Positions 1 to 13,885 of a DNA stretch of 64,000 bases are shown here, piece by piece (the stretch's first letter is position 1; every line of letters starts with the position of its first letter). A program made the position numbers and the translations under genes. Source of the DNA: Octopus vulgaris (lineage: Eukaryota); contig OX597831.1 in assembly GCA_951406725.2 (NCBI GenBank), forward strand, positions 4,588,001 to 4,652,000, in the 5' to 3' direction. A model generated the notes under the pieces. The model worked only from the letters and a program-made list of their open reading frames with translations. It did no database searches and was not told the origin of the DNA.

Positions 1-437
1 TGTGCGCGACATGGTGATCTCGTATCAAAATAAATAGCATGTGACCTTGCAGGTGAGGCCCAGTTAGAATTTTCTTCTGGTTGAGTAACCGATCCCGCTT
101 AAAAGGTCCCTGAATAAGGATTGTCCAAGGATATTGAACGAAACACCCATGTTTCCAGAGGTGAATTATTCAAACCCCAAAGAATTCCTCTCAACACATG
201 GCTATGATGCTCCCCCACTACTTCTGCTCGTGATCAGAGATGCACATATCGTCAGCCACTAAGGGACATGCTCAACTGGTTATGGTCAAACAAGTGACAA
301 GCAAATCTGTGGTATTGAGCAGAATATTTGCTATAGCCCATCTTTTATACCAAGACAAAACAATGTACATGATAACACTTCCAATCAGTTAGGATCAGAA
401 GCCACGAGAGCCACCGCCTGGTACTGCATCAGGGCAT
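1..437 (+). mobile_element. 3' portion of an unclassified retroposon-like repeat ending in ...GGTACTGCATCAGGGCAT followed by an (ATC)n/(ATT)n tail
   Basis: The same terminal ~50 bp (GATCAGAAGCCACGAGAGCCAC...GCATCAGGGCAT) recurs at 53258-53311, again directly followed by (ATT)n. Confidence 0.6.
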
Positions 438-439
438 AT

Positions 440-529
<90 letters not shown>

Positions 530-545
530 TTATTTTATTTTTTTT

Positions 546-2240
546 TTCAGTAGTCTCATTTTCATCACGTTCTTTCACTGCACTACCGAACGCCACTCTG
601 TGTACCTAGGGTATGAGCTGCGATTTGTTGTAATGTTCTTATTTTCACTTTATTAAAATTTATTTACGTAGGATGTGTGCAGTGCCTAGTAATGCAATTT
701 TCTCTATGCTATATATACTTGTAAGTCCAGGTGTTTTTGTTATGTATTTGTCTGAATATTTTTTTATCATACCTAATACACCCACTATGATAGGAATTGT
801 TTCTGTTTTTAAACACCACATTCGAGTTACCTCTATTTCCAGATATTTGTTTTTGAAACTTTCTTCGTTTGTTTTTGAGGAACATTGTCATCTGTTGGTA
901 TTGATACATCGATTAGAAAGCATTTTTTTCTTAGTGATATCTGACAACTATATCCGGCCTATTAGCCCTAATTTCTCTATCTGTGGGTATTGGCGTATCC
1001 CAGAGTATGGTTGCGTTCTCATTTTCTGTGACCTTTTCTGACGTGTGCCATATAGTTTTTTTCTGTTGTTATTCCATACAGCTGGCATAGCTTCCAATGT
1101 ATATATGCCCCCAACTCTGTCCTTCTTAGCCAGGACTGGGCAGCCAGAGACAATAAAATCTTATGTTTTTTCATCGTCACCACATATTCTACACTTACTT
1201 GTATTTCTTTTCATTACGTGTTTTTCGTCTCTGCTTTGAGTCCTCAGCTTCTCGGCCATTATTGAGATTTTGTTTTGTCCATTTTTTTCTGTTAAGCTTA
1301 ACCCAGTATTTGCCACGTAGGGGCTTTTCTTGCCATCGTTCTATCATAATACGTTGCTGTCCTAGTTTTAGCTTGGATTTCAGTTGTTTTATAGCTTTAA
1401 TAGTTTCTTCTTTTTCTTCATAGCTGTTAAGTACTACGACTTCTTTTTTGTGTTTTTCAACTTCCTAAAAGACAGAAAACAGTTTTTGGTTTGTTCGTGT
1501 TTTGTGGGTATTTGTATTAATTTTCCATGCTTCTGAATTAGGTATTTCTATAGTCATATGGTGGTTATTTCGTAATAGTTTTCTAGATGTATAAGGCTTC
1601 TACCACCTTTGTCATATTTTAGATGGTGTATCCTAAACTCTGTCATTATTTTTCGTGTTTTCCTATCTATTTTGATTAGTTCATTTAGAGTCCAGTTAAG
1701 AATATTGTATTTGTAAGTTATAACTGGAGCGGTTAGAATGTTGATACTTATCTTGTTTTCGCATTGAGCTCTGTTTTCAGTATTAATCTAACTCGTCTAT
1801 ATTATTCCTTTTTTATCTTCTCTTTCATTTATGTGTTGCATCGTTTCTAGCTCATTGATTCCTAAGTATTTGTACGTTTGGCTTTGGTCTAATTCTCATA
1901 TTTCATTTGCTTTATCTAGTGTGATGCGGTTACTCTTAACTAGTTTTCTTCTTTTCAAGGTTGCTTTGGTGCATTTTACTAAGCCAAATTTCATGTTTAT
2001 TTCTTTTCTAAATCCATGTACTGTCTGTAGTAATGTTTCCAGCTGTTTATTATTTGTAGCATACAGTTTTAGATCATCCATATACAAGAAATGGTTGATT
2101 GTTTTACCGTAACAGTTGTATCCACATCCAGTTCTGTTTAGCATGTCAGATAAAGGTGTCATTCCCAAGCAGAAAAGGAATGGAGAGAGCGTGTCTCCTT
2201 GGAATATTCCTCTTCTAATGGGGATGGCTTTGGTTTTATC
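546..2240 (-). mobile_element. Dong/R4-clade RLE non-LTR retrotransposon, 5'-truncated and frameshifted
   Basis: Minus-strand remnants: RT motifs FQGDTLSPFLFCLGMTPL and HFLYMDDLKL, zinc knuckle KCRICGDDEKT*DFIVSGCP (~1130-1195), RLE motif RPDIVV (~940-960); ATT/TAA tracts at both ends. Confidence 0.9.
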
Positions 2241-2264
2241 ATTATTTTTATTATTATTATACTT

Positions 2265-4500
2265 TAAAAGGATTGACAGTAACTCTTCACAAAGGTAAAC
2301 AGACAGGACGAAGAGCGCGATACGATTGCAATATATATTCTATTGGTTGAATGATATTTCGACAGCTTGCCTATCTTTGTCGAGTTCAAAATAAAAAGTG
2401 ATAAAAATTCAAAATTATAGAAATTCAAATCTAAAATATGAACGAGAGCAACCGGCGTCCACAGGTTGATGAAGTGACATCATCAGTCTTAAAGTTTCAA
2501 TTTTATAACTGGCGAAAATAAAAAGAGAAGAAAAAGAGAGAAGAAAAAGGAAAAAGAACAAGAATATTCAATAAAACAGTTTTGTGTAAATTTGATGAAA
2601 TTCTCCTCTCGTTTTATTCATTGCTCCAGGGCATGATGTTAGTAATTGGCAGACATTTCTCCTAATGCATTTTGAGTATTGAAACTTTTGCACATTCAGG
2701 ATATTTTCTGAGAATATACATTTTCAAGTCTTTTTCAAAACTGCAGCCGTGTGAAACGAAATGTTCAGCAAGTTCTGTCAAACTTCTGTTATTGTGTCTG
2801 ACGTCATATTTGTGCCCAGTGAATCTTTTGTTTAATTGTTCTGTTGCACAACCAACATAAATCGAGTTGCATTTCGTGCATTCTGCCGCGGAATCTCTAC
2901 ATGTCCCACCTGTATAGATCATAACATTTCTGTTATGATTCCTGATGGAATTCACTTGACTCATGTTGTTACACAGGGCTTACCTCTCTTGCTGATGTTT
3001 TTCACGGCACAGCGTGCAGATACTCCAATGTTCGTTTTCTTAGAGTCAGATAAAGAGGTCAATAATTCTCTTATATTCTTATTCCGTCTAAAGGCTACAA
3101 TAGGCGGCTGAGAAAATATGTTTGGAACGAAGATATTTTTCCGCAACATGCCGGTAACTTTCATACGACACTTTTGAAATGCCAGCGATATTTCGGTGCC
3201 AGTTAATCACTAAAAGAAATCTGTCATATATTGTATTGTGTTAGCTAAAATTATGCGTGAAGTTTTGACTTTCTTTGCAAATCTTAGCTATCTCATATGC
3301 TATTTCCTTTAATTGTGATTCACTGTAACCGCGTTTGATATAAGGGTGTACAAAAGCATTTGCATTTTCCCAGTAATCTCCTATGTCAGTGCAAATCCAT
3401 TTTATCTTGAAAAATTGCGATTTCAGATTTGACCGAATTTATGATGTGGATGATCGGATCAGCAGTGGAGGTAAATGTGTGATGACATGGGTTTGCAAAA
3501 TAACTCTGTCATTATTCTTCTTCCAGAAAACTTACCTTTTGTGTCCAAAAATTCAACGCTAGTTTTTGAAAAACTAGACGTAAATTTTACGTTGGATTTA
3601 AAGCCATAGTTTCTAACGTAAGTCACCGAAATGCAAGAAATCCATTAAACTATGCTGTGATGATTCCCAGGCAAAAAAGACGTCATCAATGAACCGTAAC
3701 CAGAGAATTGGTTCATGACCATGTAGGGATTTGAATGTCTAGAATAACTGTGTCTTGAATTTCGTCATGAAGGCATTAGCGAAATTAACACTGCCATGGG
3801 GGTACTCATGGCGCAACCCTTCTTCTGGTGGTAAAATTATTGTGTTACTTTGTAACACAAATCTCAATAGCTTACAGAGAAAATTTGATGGAAAACTTTT
3901 GTTTGATTGTTTTCGAAGGCATCCATGCATGCTTCAATCCTTTCATCGTGGTCAGTATTGGGATACAGGGAAGAAACATCTATGGCTACAAGAAAAAAAT
4001 GGCTTCGGTGCTTTAAAAATTTGTTGATTTTAGACAAAAAGATCAAAAGTATCCCGAATATAGAAACTTGATCTTTCTGCGACAGTGGGTTGGAAAGCCA
4101 TCCAGTCATTCTGAAACATTGGCTGTACAGCATTGCATTCTTATTCGCTTCAAATTGGACGCATTGGAAGAAATTTTTCGAACATTTTGTTTATTTTAGG
4201 GAGACCATAAAATACAGGTGTTCTTTTTTCTGACCGTAAAATTTTGGATTCGGCTTTATTCATGAAATTGTTTTCCTCCATTTCTAGAATTATTTTGTCA
4301 AGATCATCTGTAATTAAGGTTTGGATCGACAGGTAATTCTTCACATAAAGTTTTGTCACTTAAAACTTCTCAAGCCGAAATATTCTCACTTTTGAACATA
4401 ATTACGATAGCACCTTCATCATCTACCATTTTAAAATGGCCTGTTCTTGATCAACAAGATACAGACCTGTTTTCCTCCTTTTCATGCGCACTGGTTCGAT
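2265..4500 (-). mobile_element. Penelope-like element (PLE), decayed RT + GIY-YIG endonuclease with 3' pseudo-LTR
   Basis: TPVFYGLPKINK..PMRPI (4150-4359), FLVAIDVSSLYPN (~3960-4000), GIY-YIG region MIY..CTKCNSIYVG..QLNKRFTGH..LAEHF (2662-2964); hammerhead-like motif at 2346-2390. Confidence 0.9.
2346..2390 (-). ncRNA. Minimal type-I hammerhead ribozyme-like motif (variant core) in the PLE terminal repeat
   Basis: Reverse complement reads UUGAAC UCGACAA-A GAUAG gcaag CUGUC GAAA UA U C AUUCAA: stem I, variant core, stem II, GAAA, palindromic stem III. Confidence 0.55.
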
Positions 4501-4757
4501 TATACTATTTTATTAATTATCTCAAGATTACTAATTTTTTTAAACAATAAACTGATTGATTATTTGATCATTGGTTAACAAACATAACTGATTAACCGAA
4601 CGATTAAGCAAAGAATGTATTAATGAATTAATTGAATAGTTAACCAATTGACAAAGGAATAATAAAAGAAAATCTGCTTCAACACACGTGTACACATCTA
4701 CAATCTTGTAAACCATATAAAAAAACAATATATGTATGTATATATATATATAAATAA

Positions 4758-4813
<56 letters not shown>

Positions 4814-4834
4814 ATGTATACACTACATGCCTTA

Positions 4835-4955
4835 ATCAGTTTCAAGGGTTTGTACGAACCGTGCCTCCGTCAGAAGATACTTCCCCAAGGTGTCCCGCAA
4901 GAGGAATGAACTCAAGACAACATGGTTGGGAAGGGAGCTAGCTTATCCACCACAC

Positions 4956-4960
<5 letters not shown>
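4835..4960 (-). mobile_element. Degenerate 5' fragment of SINE family A
   Basis: Similar to family A head (gaagatacttccccaaggtgtccc..., catggttggg..cttatccaccac). Confidence 0.55.
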
Positions 4961-5000
<40 letters not shown>

Positions 5001-5303
5001 CATATATAAATGCCCTCACACATTCCTACACAAGTACACGCGTACACGCACACACACATACACACGCACTCTCAAATTCATAGGCTGCCATAGAAACCCT
5101 CCAGACAAGCCTCTGTCGCACCGAACAGCCCCGGAATTGGTTAAAATTCTTCTCCTTGAAACAAAATTCCGTTATACGAGACGTGGCAATTAGTGACTAT
5201 AAAACTGATGATTATTTGAGATCTTTATCGCATTTCTGAATCTTGATTAAACATTCATGCATTTATATATATATATATATATGTATGTATAAGTATATAC
5301 ACA

Positions 5304-5338
<35 letters not shown>

Positions 5339-5453
5339 ATGCGTATTGCTTATGTATGTATATATATATATATATATATATGTACACACACATACATATA
5401 AGTATTTATAGTACATATATATGTATGTATATATATGTTTGTATATGCTCATG

Positions 5454-5497
<44 letters not shown>

Positions 5498-5674
5498 ATA
5501 CTATATGTATATATATATATATATATGTATATGTGTGTGTTTGTGTGCGTGCGTATATATATATAAGTCTATCTATCTATCTATCTGCATACTTATCTTG
5601 CCCCGTATATATATATGCAACACAGACACACACATGCACATACACATAGATACGAAAATATGTATGTATGTATG

Positions 5675-5710
<36 letters not shown>

Positions 5711-5980
5711 TACATACATACATACATACATACATACATACATACATACATACATACATACATACATGTAATTCAGCTCTAATTAAACTTTATCCTTTAA
5801 TGGTTTCTTGATAGCTTTAATGCGATAATGATCATCATTATGTTGATGGCTGATGGTGGCAGCTATGGTTGTGATTACGGTGGTGGTGGTGGCGGTGGTT
5901 GTGGCGGAGATTTATTGGTGATCAGTGTTGTTCGAAAACCGAAGTACTTCTGTGTGTGTACACTCACACACACATACATA

Positions 5981-7575
5981 CAGCGGGAGGAAATAAATAA
6001 TCGTAAATGTCAAAATTCTTTATTTATTTAATTTCTAATGAACATAAATGGGATATACCTATACTATATTTGCATACACATGCATAAACTAAGAATATGC
6101 AAAAGAAACTAATAAATCATAGTAACTAATGAATTTATATACAATTATAAATATTTAGGGGTGAAAAAAGTATTCGTACAGAATAAATTTATGATTTACT
6201 ATGCCACAAAATACTGTTAAAATCCTTTTTTTTTACTAGAACTTTCTCGTTTGTTACAATAATGTTATCAGTTGTCATTTTTAAGTGTCAAAACACTAGC
6301 TTCTTCATTCAGCACTGAGACAACATAGTAGTATCGTAATAATGGCGAAAAGTAAAGAACTCACAAATTCAGTGAAAAACTTAATTATTGAACAGTGGAA
6401 AGCAGGTAAAAATTACAGGAAAATATAAGAGACCATTTGTATTCTATTTTCTACCATATCTTCATTTATTCAAAGATATAAACAATCGGGGAACTGTTGG
6501 AAACAGAATAAGATCCGGTGCACCACGCAAGATTTCTCCTAGATCTTTAAGAAAAATGAAGCGAAAAATCAAAAAGAAAAACGCAATGCTCACTAGAAAG
6601 GAGTTGCAAGAAGATTTGTTAGCTTCAGGGACTAGTGTTACGCTATGAACAATCAGCAATGAACTTCATAGGAATGAACTGAAGTCACGCTCTCCTAGAA
6701 AAACTTCACTGTTGACTAAAAGGCATAGAGATGCCCGTTTAAAATTTGTTTATGAACATAAAGATAATTCTGATGCATTCTGGGAAAATGTTCTGTGGAC
6801 AGATGAGTCGAAAATAAAATTTTTTAGACGAAATTTGCATAGCCATGTTTGGAGGAAAGATGGTACCGCCTATTTGCCAAAAAACAATTCCTACCGCAAA
6901 GTTTGGAGGTGGTAACATCATGGTGTGGGGGTGATTCTCTGCAAATGGTACTGGCAATTTACATGTGATAGATGGTAGAATGAATGCAGAGATGCACCAA
7001 AATATTTTGAACAATAATTTATGGGACTCTGTAGAAAAAGCTCCAGCTTTGTGAAGGGTGGGTTTTACAACAGGATAACGATCCTAAGCACACTGCGAAG
7101 TCTACCAAAAATGGATTGTCGATCACAATATAAAATTATTAGAATGGCCAAGCCAGTCACCTGACTTGAACCCCATTGAAAGTTTGTGGCGTTATTTGAA
7201 AATTTAAATTCATTCAAGACCCCCAACATACATTGCATATTTGAAGAAAATTTGTCAAGAAGAATGGGAAAAAATTCCTAAAGAAACATGCAAGTCATTG
7301 ATTAAGAGCTACAAGAAGAGATTGGTTGAAGTGGAACTGAATAATGGTTATGCTACGAAGTATTAAATCAGAATTATCAGTTATTTATGTTCTGTACGAA
7401 TACTTTTTTCACCCTTAAATATTTGTAATTGAATATAAATTCCTTAGTTACTCTAATTTATTAGTTTCTTTTCCTTATCTTAATTTATACATGTGTATGC
7501 AAATATAGTATTGGTATATCCCATTTATGTTCACTAGAAATTAAATAAATATAGAATATATATATTTATTTCCCC

Positions 7576-7580
<5 letters not shown>
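5981..7580 (+). mobile_element. Tc1-family DNA transposon (DD34E, IR/DR type), near full length but inactivated
   Basis: TA-CAGCGGGAGGAAATAAAT at the left end and ATTTATTTCCCCCACTA-TA at the right; ~200-bp TIRs (5981-~6190 vs ~7385-7580) with inner repeats GGGGTGAAAAAAGTATTCGTACA / TGTACGAATACTTTTTTCACCC. Confidence 0.92.
6342..7366 (+). pseudogene. Tc1 transposase pseudogene
   Basis: Starts ATG GCG AAA AGT AAA GAA CTC; motifs [34 protein letters not shown]; ends YATKY*; several frameshifts and stops. Confidence 0.9.
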
Positions 7581-7636
<56 letters not shown>

Positions 7637-7826
7637 TATACATATATATACATACAAGTAATATAAATGCATACACATACAGACACACTTATGTTATATA
7701 AATATATTCATATATATTCATATATACATACATACACTTTATATATATATATATATTCATATATACATACATACACTTTATATATATATATATATATGTA
7801 TATATATTATATATATATATATAGAA

Positions 7827-7874
<48 letters not shown>

Positions 7875-8535
7875 AGGAACACACGCATAAACACACGAAT
7901 ACAAGTAATTAAAATTATGTTGGTGGGTGTTAAGTATTTAAGTATTGATATTTAATATAAATTATATAAAAAATAGGATGAAAAGATTGAAATTGAACCA
8001 ATTTCTCGCTAGAATTTTCTCAAGTGTTTCGACTGGAATTACAGAAGCGTTCAATAATGAATTCTTGAAGTATGTTCTACATTAAAATATGGATACTGTT
8101 TAAATTTCTACTCCAAATAATTATGAGCTCCGATTAAGATTATAATAGTCGACATATTTAAAGCAATGGAAATTAGAATAATTAGAATAAAATAATTTGA
8201 TGGAGAGGAAAATATAATATTAGTCAATGGCTGTCATTAATGTCAGTTTCGAAGACATGTAGGGGAAGTAACTTCGGGTATTTCATTATGTTTTCCTGTC
8301 CTCATTAGCAAAGGATAATTTTTACTGTATCATCAAGACTAACATTAAAATATAACTAATTTTCAAAACTTGTTGTGTTTTGAGAGTGTCATTACACCAA
8401 TAATAATAAACACACGCACTGGCTCAAGATCACTTCTTTATTGTTAGACAATTGGTTAAATATCTAACCAACCAGTTAATCGATACTTCTCTTAATGTGC
8501 TGGTTAAACTATGTGCGAAAATTTATTCCGTCGTA

Positions 8536-8765
8536 TACTCTTTTACCATTTTACTTGTTTCAGTCATTTGACTGTGGCCATGCTGGAGCACCGCCTTTAG
8601 TCGATCGAGCAAATCGACCCCAGGACATATTCTTTGTAAGCGTAGTACTTATTCTATCAGACTCTTTTGCCGAACCACTAAGTTACGGGGACGTAAACAC
8701 ACCAGCATCGGTTGTCAAGCAATGCTGGGGGGACAAACACAGATACACAAACATATACACACACA

Positions 8766-8817
<52 letters not shown>

Positions 8818-8978
8818 TATATACGACTGGTTCCTTTCAGTTTCCGTCTACAAAATCCACTCACAAGGCTCTGGTGACCCGAGGCTATAGTAGAAGACAC
8901 TTATCCAAGGTGTCACGCAGAGGGACTGAACTCGGAACCATATGGTTCGTAAGCAAGCTACTTACCACACAGCCACTC
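8536..8978 (-). mobile_element. tRNA-derived SINE family A (CORE-like body, internal microsatellite, CR1-like tail)
   Basis: Reverse complement matches the copies at 12088 and 33350 along its length. Confidence 0.9.
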
Positions 8979-9242
8979 GGATTTTTCTAAAGCATCGAAT
9001 GGCATAGGTCCTTACAATAAAATTACCTATGTTACACTTCCATTTCCATAAAGACTACATTATCTCTGAAGATAGACATAAGTGCGGTCTAGAAAATAAC
9101 AATCCTAAGTCTGTAGATATTGTTAAGTCATTTTCACATAACGGTTATAAAATTCATTGAAAAATGTTACGCATGAATGCGATTCTTTTTGATGTGAGAC
9201 ACAAGATTCCAGATTTATTTCTCAAAATATCAATTTAACAAG

Positions 9243-9810
<568 letters not shown>

Positions 9811-10047
9811 AATTTGATTTAAAAAGAAATCAAAATATAACGCCATAAAGATAAAGAAATACCTGTAAGTCATTAAATAATCGTAATGTCAAAGGTTAAT
9901 TAGCAGTTAATTAATAGTTAATTTGCTACAAAAAATCAGTAAGAAATAAATGTACATTCTGAACAATGTAACATAAAAATTGAATTCATAATAACTCGAA
10001 GGAAGGCATTAAGAATTTAAACTACACACGCTCTGCTGACGGCTAAA

Positions 10048-10054
10048 GTGTTGC

Positions 10055-10136
<82 letters not shown>

Positions 10137-10920
10137 GGTGATGGTGGTGGTGGTGATGATGGTGGTGATGGAGATGGTGGTGATGGTGGTGGTGACTGTA
10201 GCAGTTGTGGCGGTGGTTGTTGCTGTTCTTGTGGTGCAGGTGGTGGTGATGATGGAGATGGTGGTGATGGTGGTGGTGATGATGGTGATGATGGTGGTGG
10301 TGGTGGTGGTGGCGGTGGTGGCGATGGTGATGGCGATGGCGGTGGTGGTAGTGGCTGTAGCAGTTGTTGTAGTGGTTGTGGAAGTGGTGGTGGTGGTGAT
10401 GGTGGGGATGATGGTGAAGATGGAGGTGGTAGTGGGGGTGATGATGATGGTGGTGGTAGTGGTGATTGTGGTGGTGATGGTGATGGTTGGTGGTAGTTGT
10501 GGTAGTGGTGGTGGTGGTGGTTGTTGTGGTTGTTGTTGTGGTGGTGATGGTGGTGGTAATTGTGGCGGTGGTGGTGGTGGTGGTGTTTGTGATGGCTGTG
10601 GGTACGTTATTGTTGTTGTTGATGGTAATGGTGCTGTTGGTGGTGTTTCTGTTGCAGGCGATGCTGGTGTTGATGGTGATGGTGGTGATGGTTGTGGTGG
10701 TGATGGTGATGGTGGTGATGGTGATGGTGGTGATGGTTGTGGTGGTGATGGTGGTGATGGTTGTGGTGGTGATGGTGGTGATGGTGATGGTGGTGATGGT
10801 TGTGGTGGTTGGTGATGGTAGTGGTTGTGGCGTTGATGATGACGACGATGTTGGTAGTGGTGATGGTTGTGGAGGTGGAGGTGGTGGTGGTGGTGGTGGT
10901 GGATGTGGAGGTGATGATGG
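10048..10920. repeat. (GTT)n/(GGT)n/(GAT)n compound trinucleotide array
   Basis: Seen directly. Confidence 0.95.
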
Positions 10921-11740
10921 AAAACTAAAACATCAAATCTGATACGGCAAAATAAAAAAAAAAATAAAAAAACAAAGAAAAAGAAAAAAAATGCAGAAAG
11001 CGGAAAAAAAAATATCAAAAGAATTGATTGTGCTATTTGTGTGTAGAATGTCTTGGAAACGGTTGAAGAAAGTGAAGATATAAAAGAGATTTAATTGTGA
11101 AGCGTAGACATATAAAGTGTTCTGTTTAATGGTCGAAATATGGCGTGAATAGATTCTATGGAGATGAGGTAGCATTGAGAATATTTTAGAATATTTTAGA
11201 GAATTCTTTTAAAATAAAAAAAAAAAGGAGGAGGAAAAGCGATGAGATAAACGAAGGAAATATAACGATGAAATTTGTAAAAAAAATATAAAAAATATAT
11301 AAAAATATAAAGGCAGTTTTTAAAGAAACTAAATTATCCGTCATAAAACTTGTCTTGATAAAAAGCTGTAAAAAATAGATGGCGCTGTTGTAATTTTTCA
11401 GTTATCTGCAAGGAAGGGAGAGAATTGCTAATGATTATCTTTCTGTCTTTCTTTTTTTCTCATTGAAAAACCGTGGAATTTTTTTTTTAAACATCGTGGA
11501 ATGTTTTAATCTGGAATTACATTTTAAAGGAGCATAGGAGAAGCTTCATGGATACTTTCGTGGGAGTAAAAGAGTGGAGTTGTTTTGGGATAGCAACGTT
11601 GGATGGAATGATAGTCTTTTTTCTATATTTGAGATGATGATGCCTTCAATTTAAAACCTTTTTAAGTTGAATCCAGTTGGTGATGGTGGGTGTTCAAATC
11701 AGGCGTCTTCTGTTCAGTGGACAATTATTTATATATATAT

Positions 11741-11996
11741 AAGGACCTGCATGGTGTAGATGCGGATGTCTTTAAAGTAGGACTGGACCTCTTCCTATCA
11801 GGTGTCCCGGATGAACCAACTTCACGGCAGGAGGTGCAGATGAGGGCAGCTGCATCGAACTCTCTCATGCATCAGATGCATCAGATGGCGTTTGCTAAAA
11901 AGCATCCGTGAGGTAAAATCGTGTAGCAAACCAAATGGCGGTGCCCCAGCATGGCCACAGCTCATTAGCTGAAACTGGAAAAATCAAAATCAAAAT

Positions 11997-12001
<5 letters not shown>
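11741..12001 (+). mobile_element. CR1-like LINE 3' end (5'-truncated)
   Basis: C-terminal peptide KDLHGVDADVFKVGLDLFLSGVPDEP...AASNSL, resembling invertebrate CR1-group ORF2 ends; 3'UTR stem-loop GGCGGTGCCCCAGCATGGCCACAG and (AAAATC)n tail. Confidence 0.75.
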
Positions 12002-12087
<86 letters not shown>

Positions 12088-12089
<2 letters not shown>

Positions 12090-12500
12090 CGCAGGAGTGG
12101 CTGTGTGGTAAGTAGCTTGCTAACCAACCACATGGTTCCGGGTTCAGTCCCCACAACGTGGCATCTTGGGCAAGTGTCCTCTGCTATAGCCCCGGGCCGA
12201 CCAATGCTTTGTGAGTGGATTTGGTTGACGGAAACTGAAAGAAGCCTGTCGTATGTATGTATATATATGTGTGTGTATGTGTGTTTGTGTGTCTGTGTTT
12301 GTCCCCCTAGCATTGCTTGACAACCGATGCTGGTGTGTTTACGTCCCCGTCACTTAGCGTTTCGGCAAAAGAGAACCGATAGAATAAGTACTGGGCTTAC
12401 AAAAGAATAAGTCCCGTGGTCAATTTGCTCGACTAAAAAGGTGGTGCTCCAGCATGGCCACAGTCAAATGACTGAAACAAGTAAAAGAGAAAGAGAAAGA
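12088..12500 (+). mobile_element. SINE family A, full length
   Basis: Pol III A box TGGCTGTGTGG and B box GGTTCAGTCCC, CORE-like GGCATCTTGGGCAAGTGTC, internal (TA)/(TG) tract, tail GGTGCTCCAGCATGGCCACAGTCAAATGACTGAAACAAGTAAAAG. Confidence 0.92.
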
Positions 12501-12511
12501 GAGACATATAT

Positions 12512-12852
12512 TATTCAAAGGAATTCCAACTCTGTCTGTTTTTTATGTTTTATTTATATTCTTTATAATATTAATGTAGAATATAGAATATATAGTATAA
12601 ATAGTATAAATAGTATATATAGTAAAATGAAATGGAGTAGGGATTGTCTTATTGAATAGATGAAATATTGAACATCAAATATTAAGGGACTAGTATACTT
12701 TCTTGCATTTAAGCAGTCTTCAAGGTCCCAGGTTGTGAAAGGATTGATTCATTTCATTTTACTATATATACTATTTATACTATATATTCTATATTCTACA
12801 TTAATATTATAAAGATTATAAATGAAACATAAAATACAGAGTCGGAATTCTT

Positions 12853-12859
<7 letters not shown>
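12512..12859. repeat. Long inverted repeat (arms 12512-12633 and 12751-12859)
   Basis: Arms are reverse complements, e.g. TATAATATTAATGTAGAATATAGAATATATAG / CTATATATTCTATATTCTACATTAATATTATA. Confidence 0.85.
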
Positions 12860-12901
<42 letters not shown>

Positions 12902-12904
<3 letters not shown>

Positions 12905-13118
12905 ATATTTTATTGTTATATTTTGGAATGGTCATTTTGCCAGTTTAGCCAATAAAAACACACGCACTATATATTTGGTGTTATTTTGCTTCATTGTTAT
13001 TTATTTTTTACATTAAACTTAATCTTCTTTCGGCCAGAGTTCTTTCGTCACACTCCTGTGACCGCATCAGTGGTACTTTGTTTTCTTTCTTCAGTACAAA
13101 TTCTTATTTTCAGTACAA
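12902..13118 (-). mobile_element. Short PLE-terminal-repeat-like insert in (TA)n, with a hammerhead-like motif at 13033-13073
   Basis: Reverse complement CCA CUGAUGC-G GUCAC aggagu GUGAC GAAA GAAC U C UGG; (TA)n on both flanks. Confidence 0.6.
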
Positions 13119-13589
13119 ATATATATATATATATATATATATATCATATATGTTTTTTAATTTTCTCTGGTTTATACGGCGGGTAAAATCCGACGCGCTC
13201 TGACCAGTGAGCCTTGCGCATATATATTCAGAAACACTTTCCATTAACTCTGTTATGTAACAGCTTAACTATATAACAGGGGTGATTAGAGATAAGAACA
13301 AGTTACAAAATCTTATTCAATTATAAATACTAATTCTAAATTACACATTAAGGCCACCTTTCTAACGAAATATAATCTCTATTCTTCAGACAACAATAAA
13401 TAACGTTAATTGTAGTAGCTCATTATATGTTTTTTTTGTTCTTAGATACATCTGACTTGACATCACCCAATATTTTTGTAAGTTCTTTTTTTTTTCTGAA
13501 AGCAAACTGAAGAAAGCAATATCTAAACTGTTTGTATGTGTGTGCGCATGTATGTATATATATATAAATATATGTGCATATACATATGC

Positions 13590-13797
<208 letters not shown>

Positions 13798-13830
13798 GAG
13801 CGACGAAACCGTTCTGCACGCTAACGTGCA

Positions 13831-13881
<51 letters not shown>

Positions 13882-13885
<4 letters not shown>

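Noticed and set aside
393-437. Minus-strand CTGATGCAG as a hammerhead core
   Set aside because: No stem II followed by GAAA downstream.
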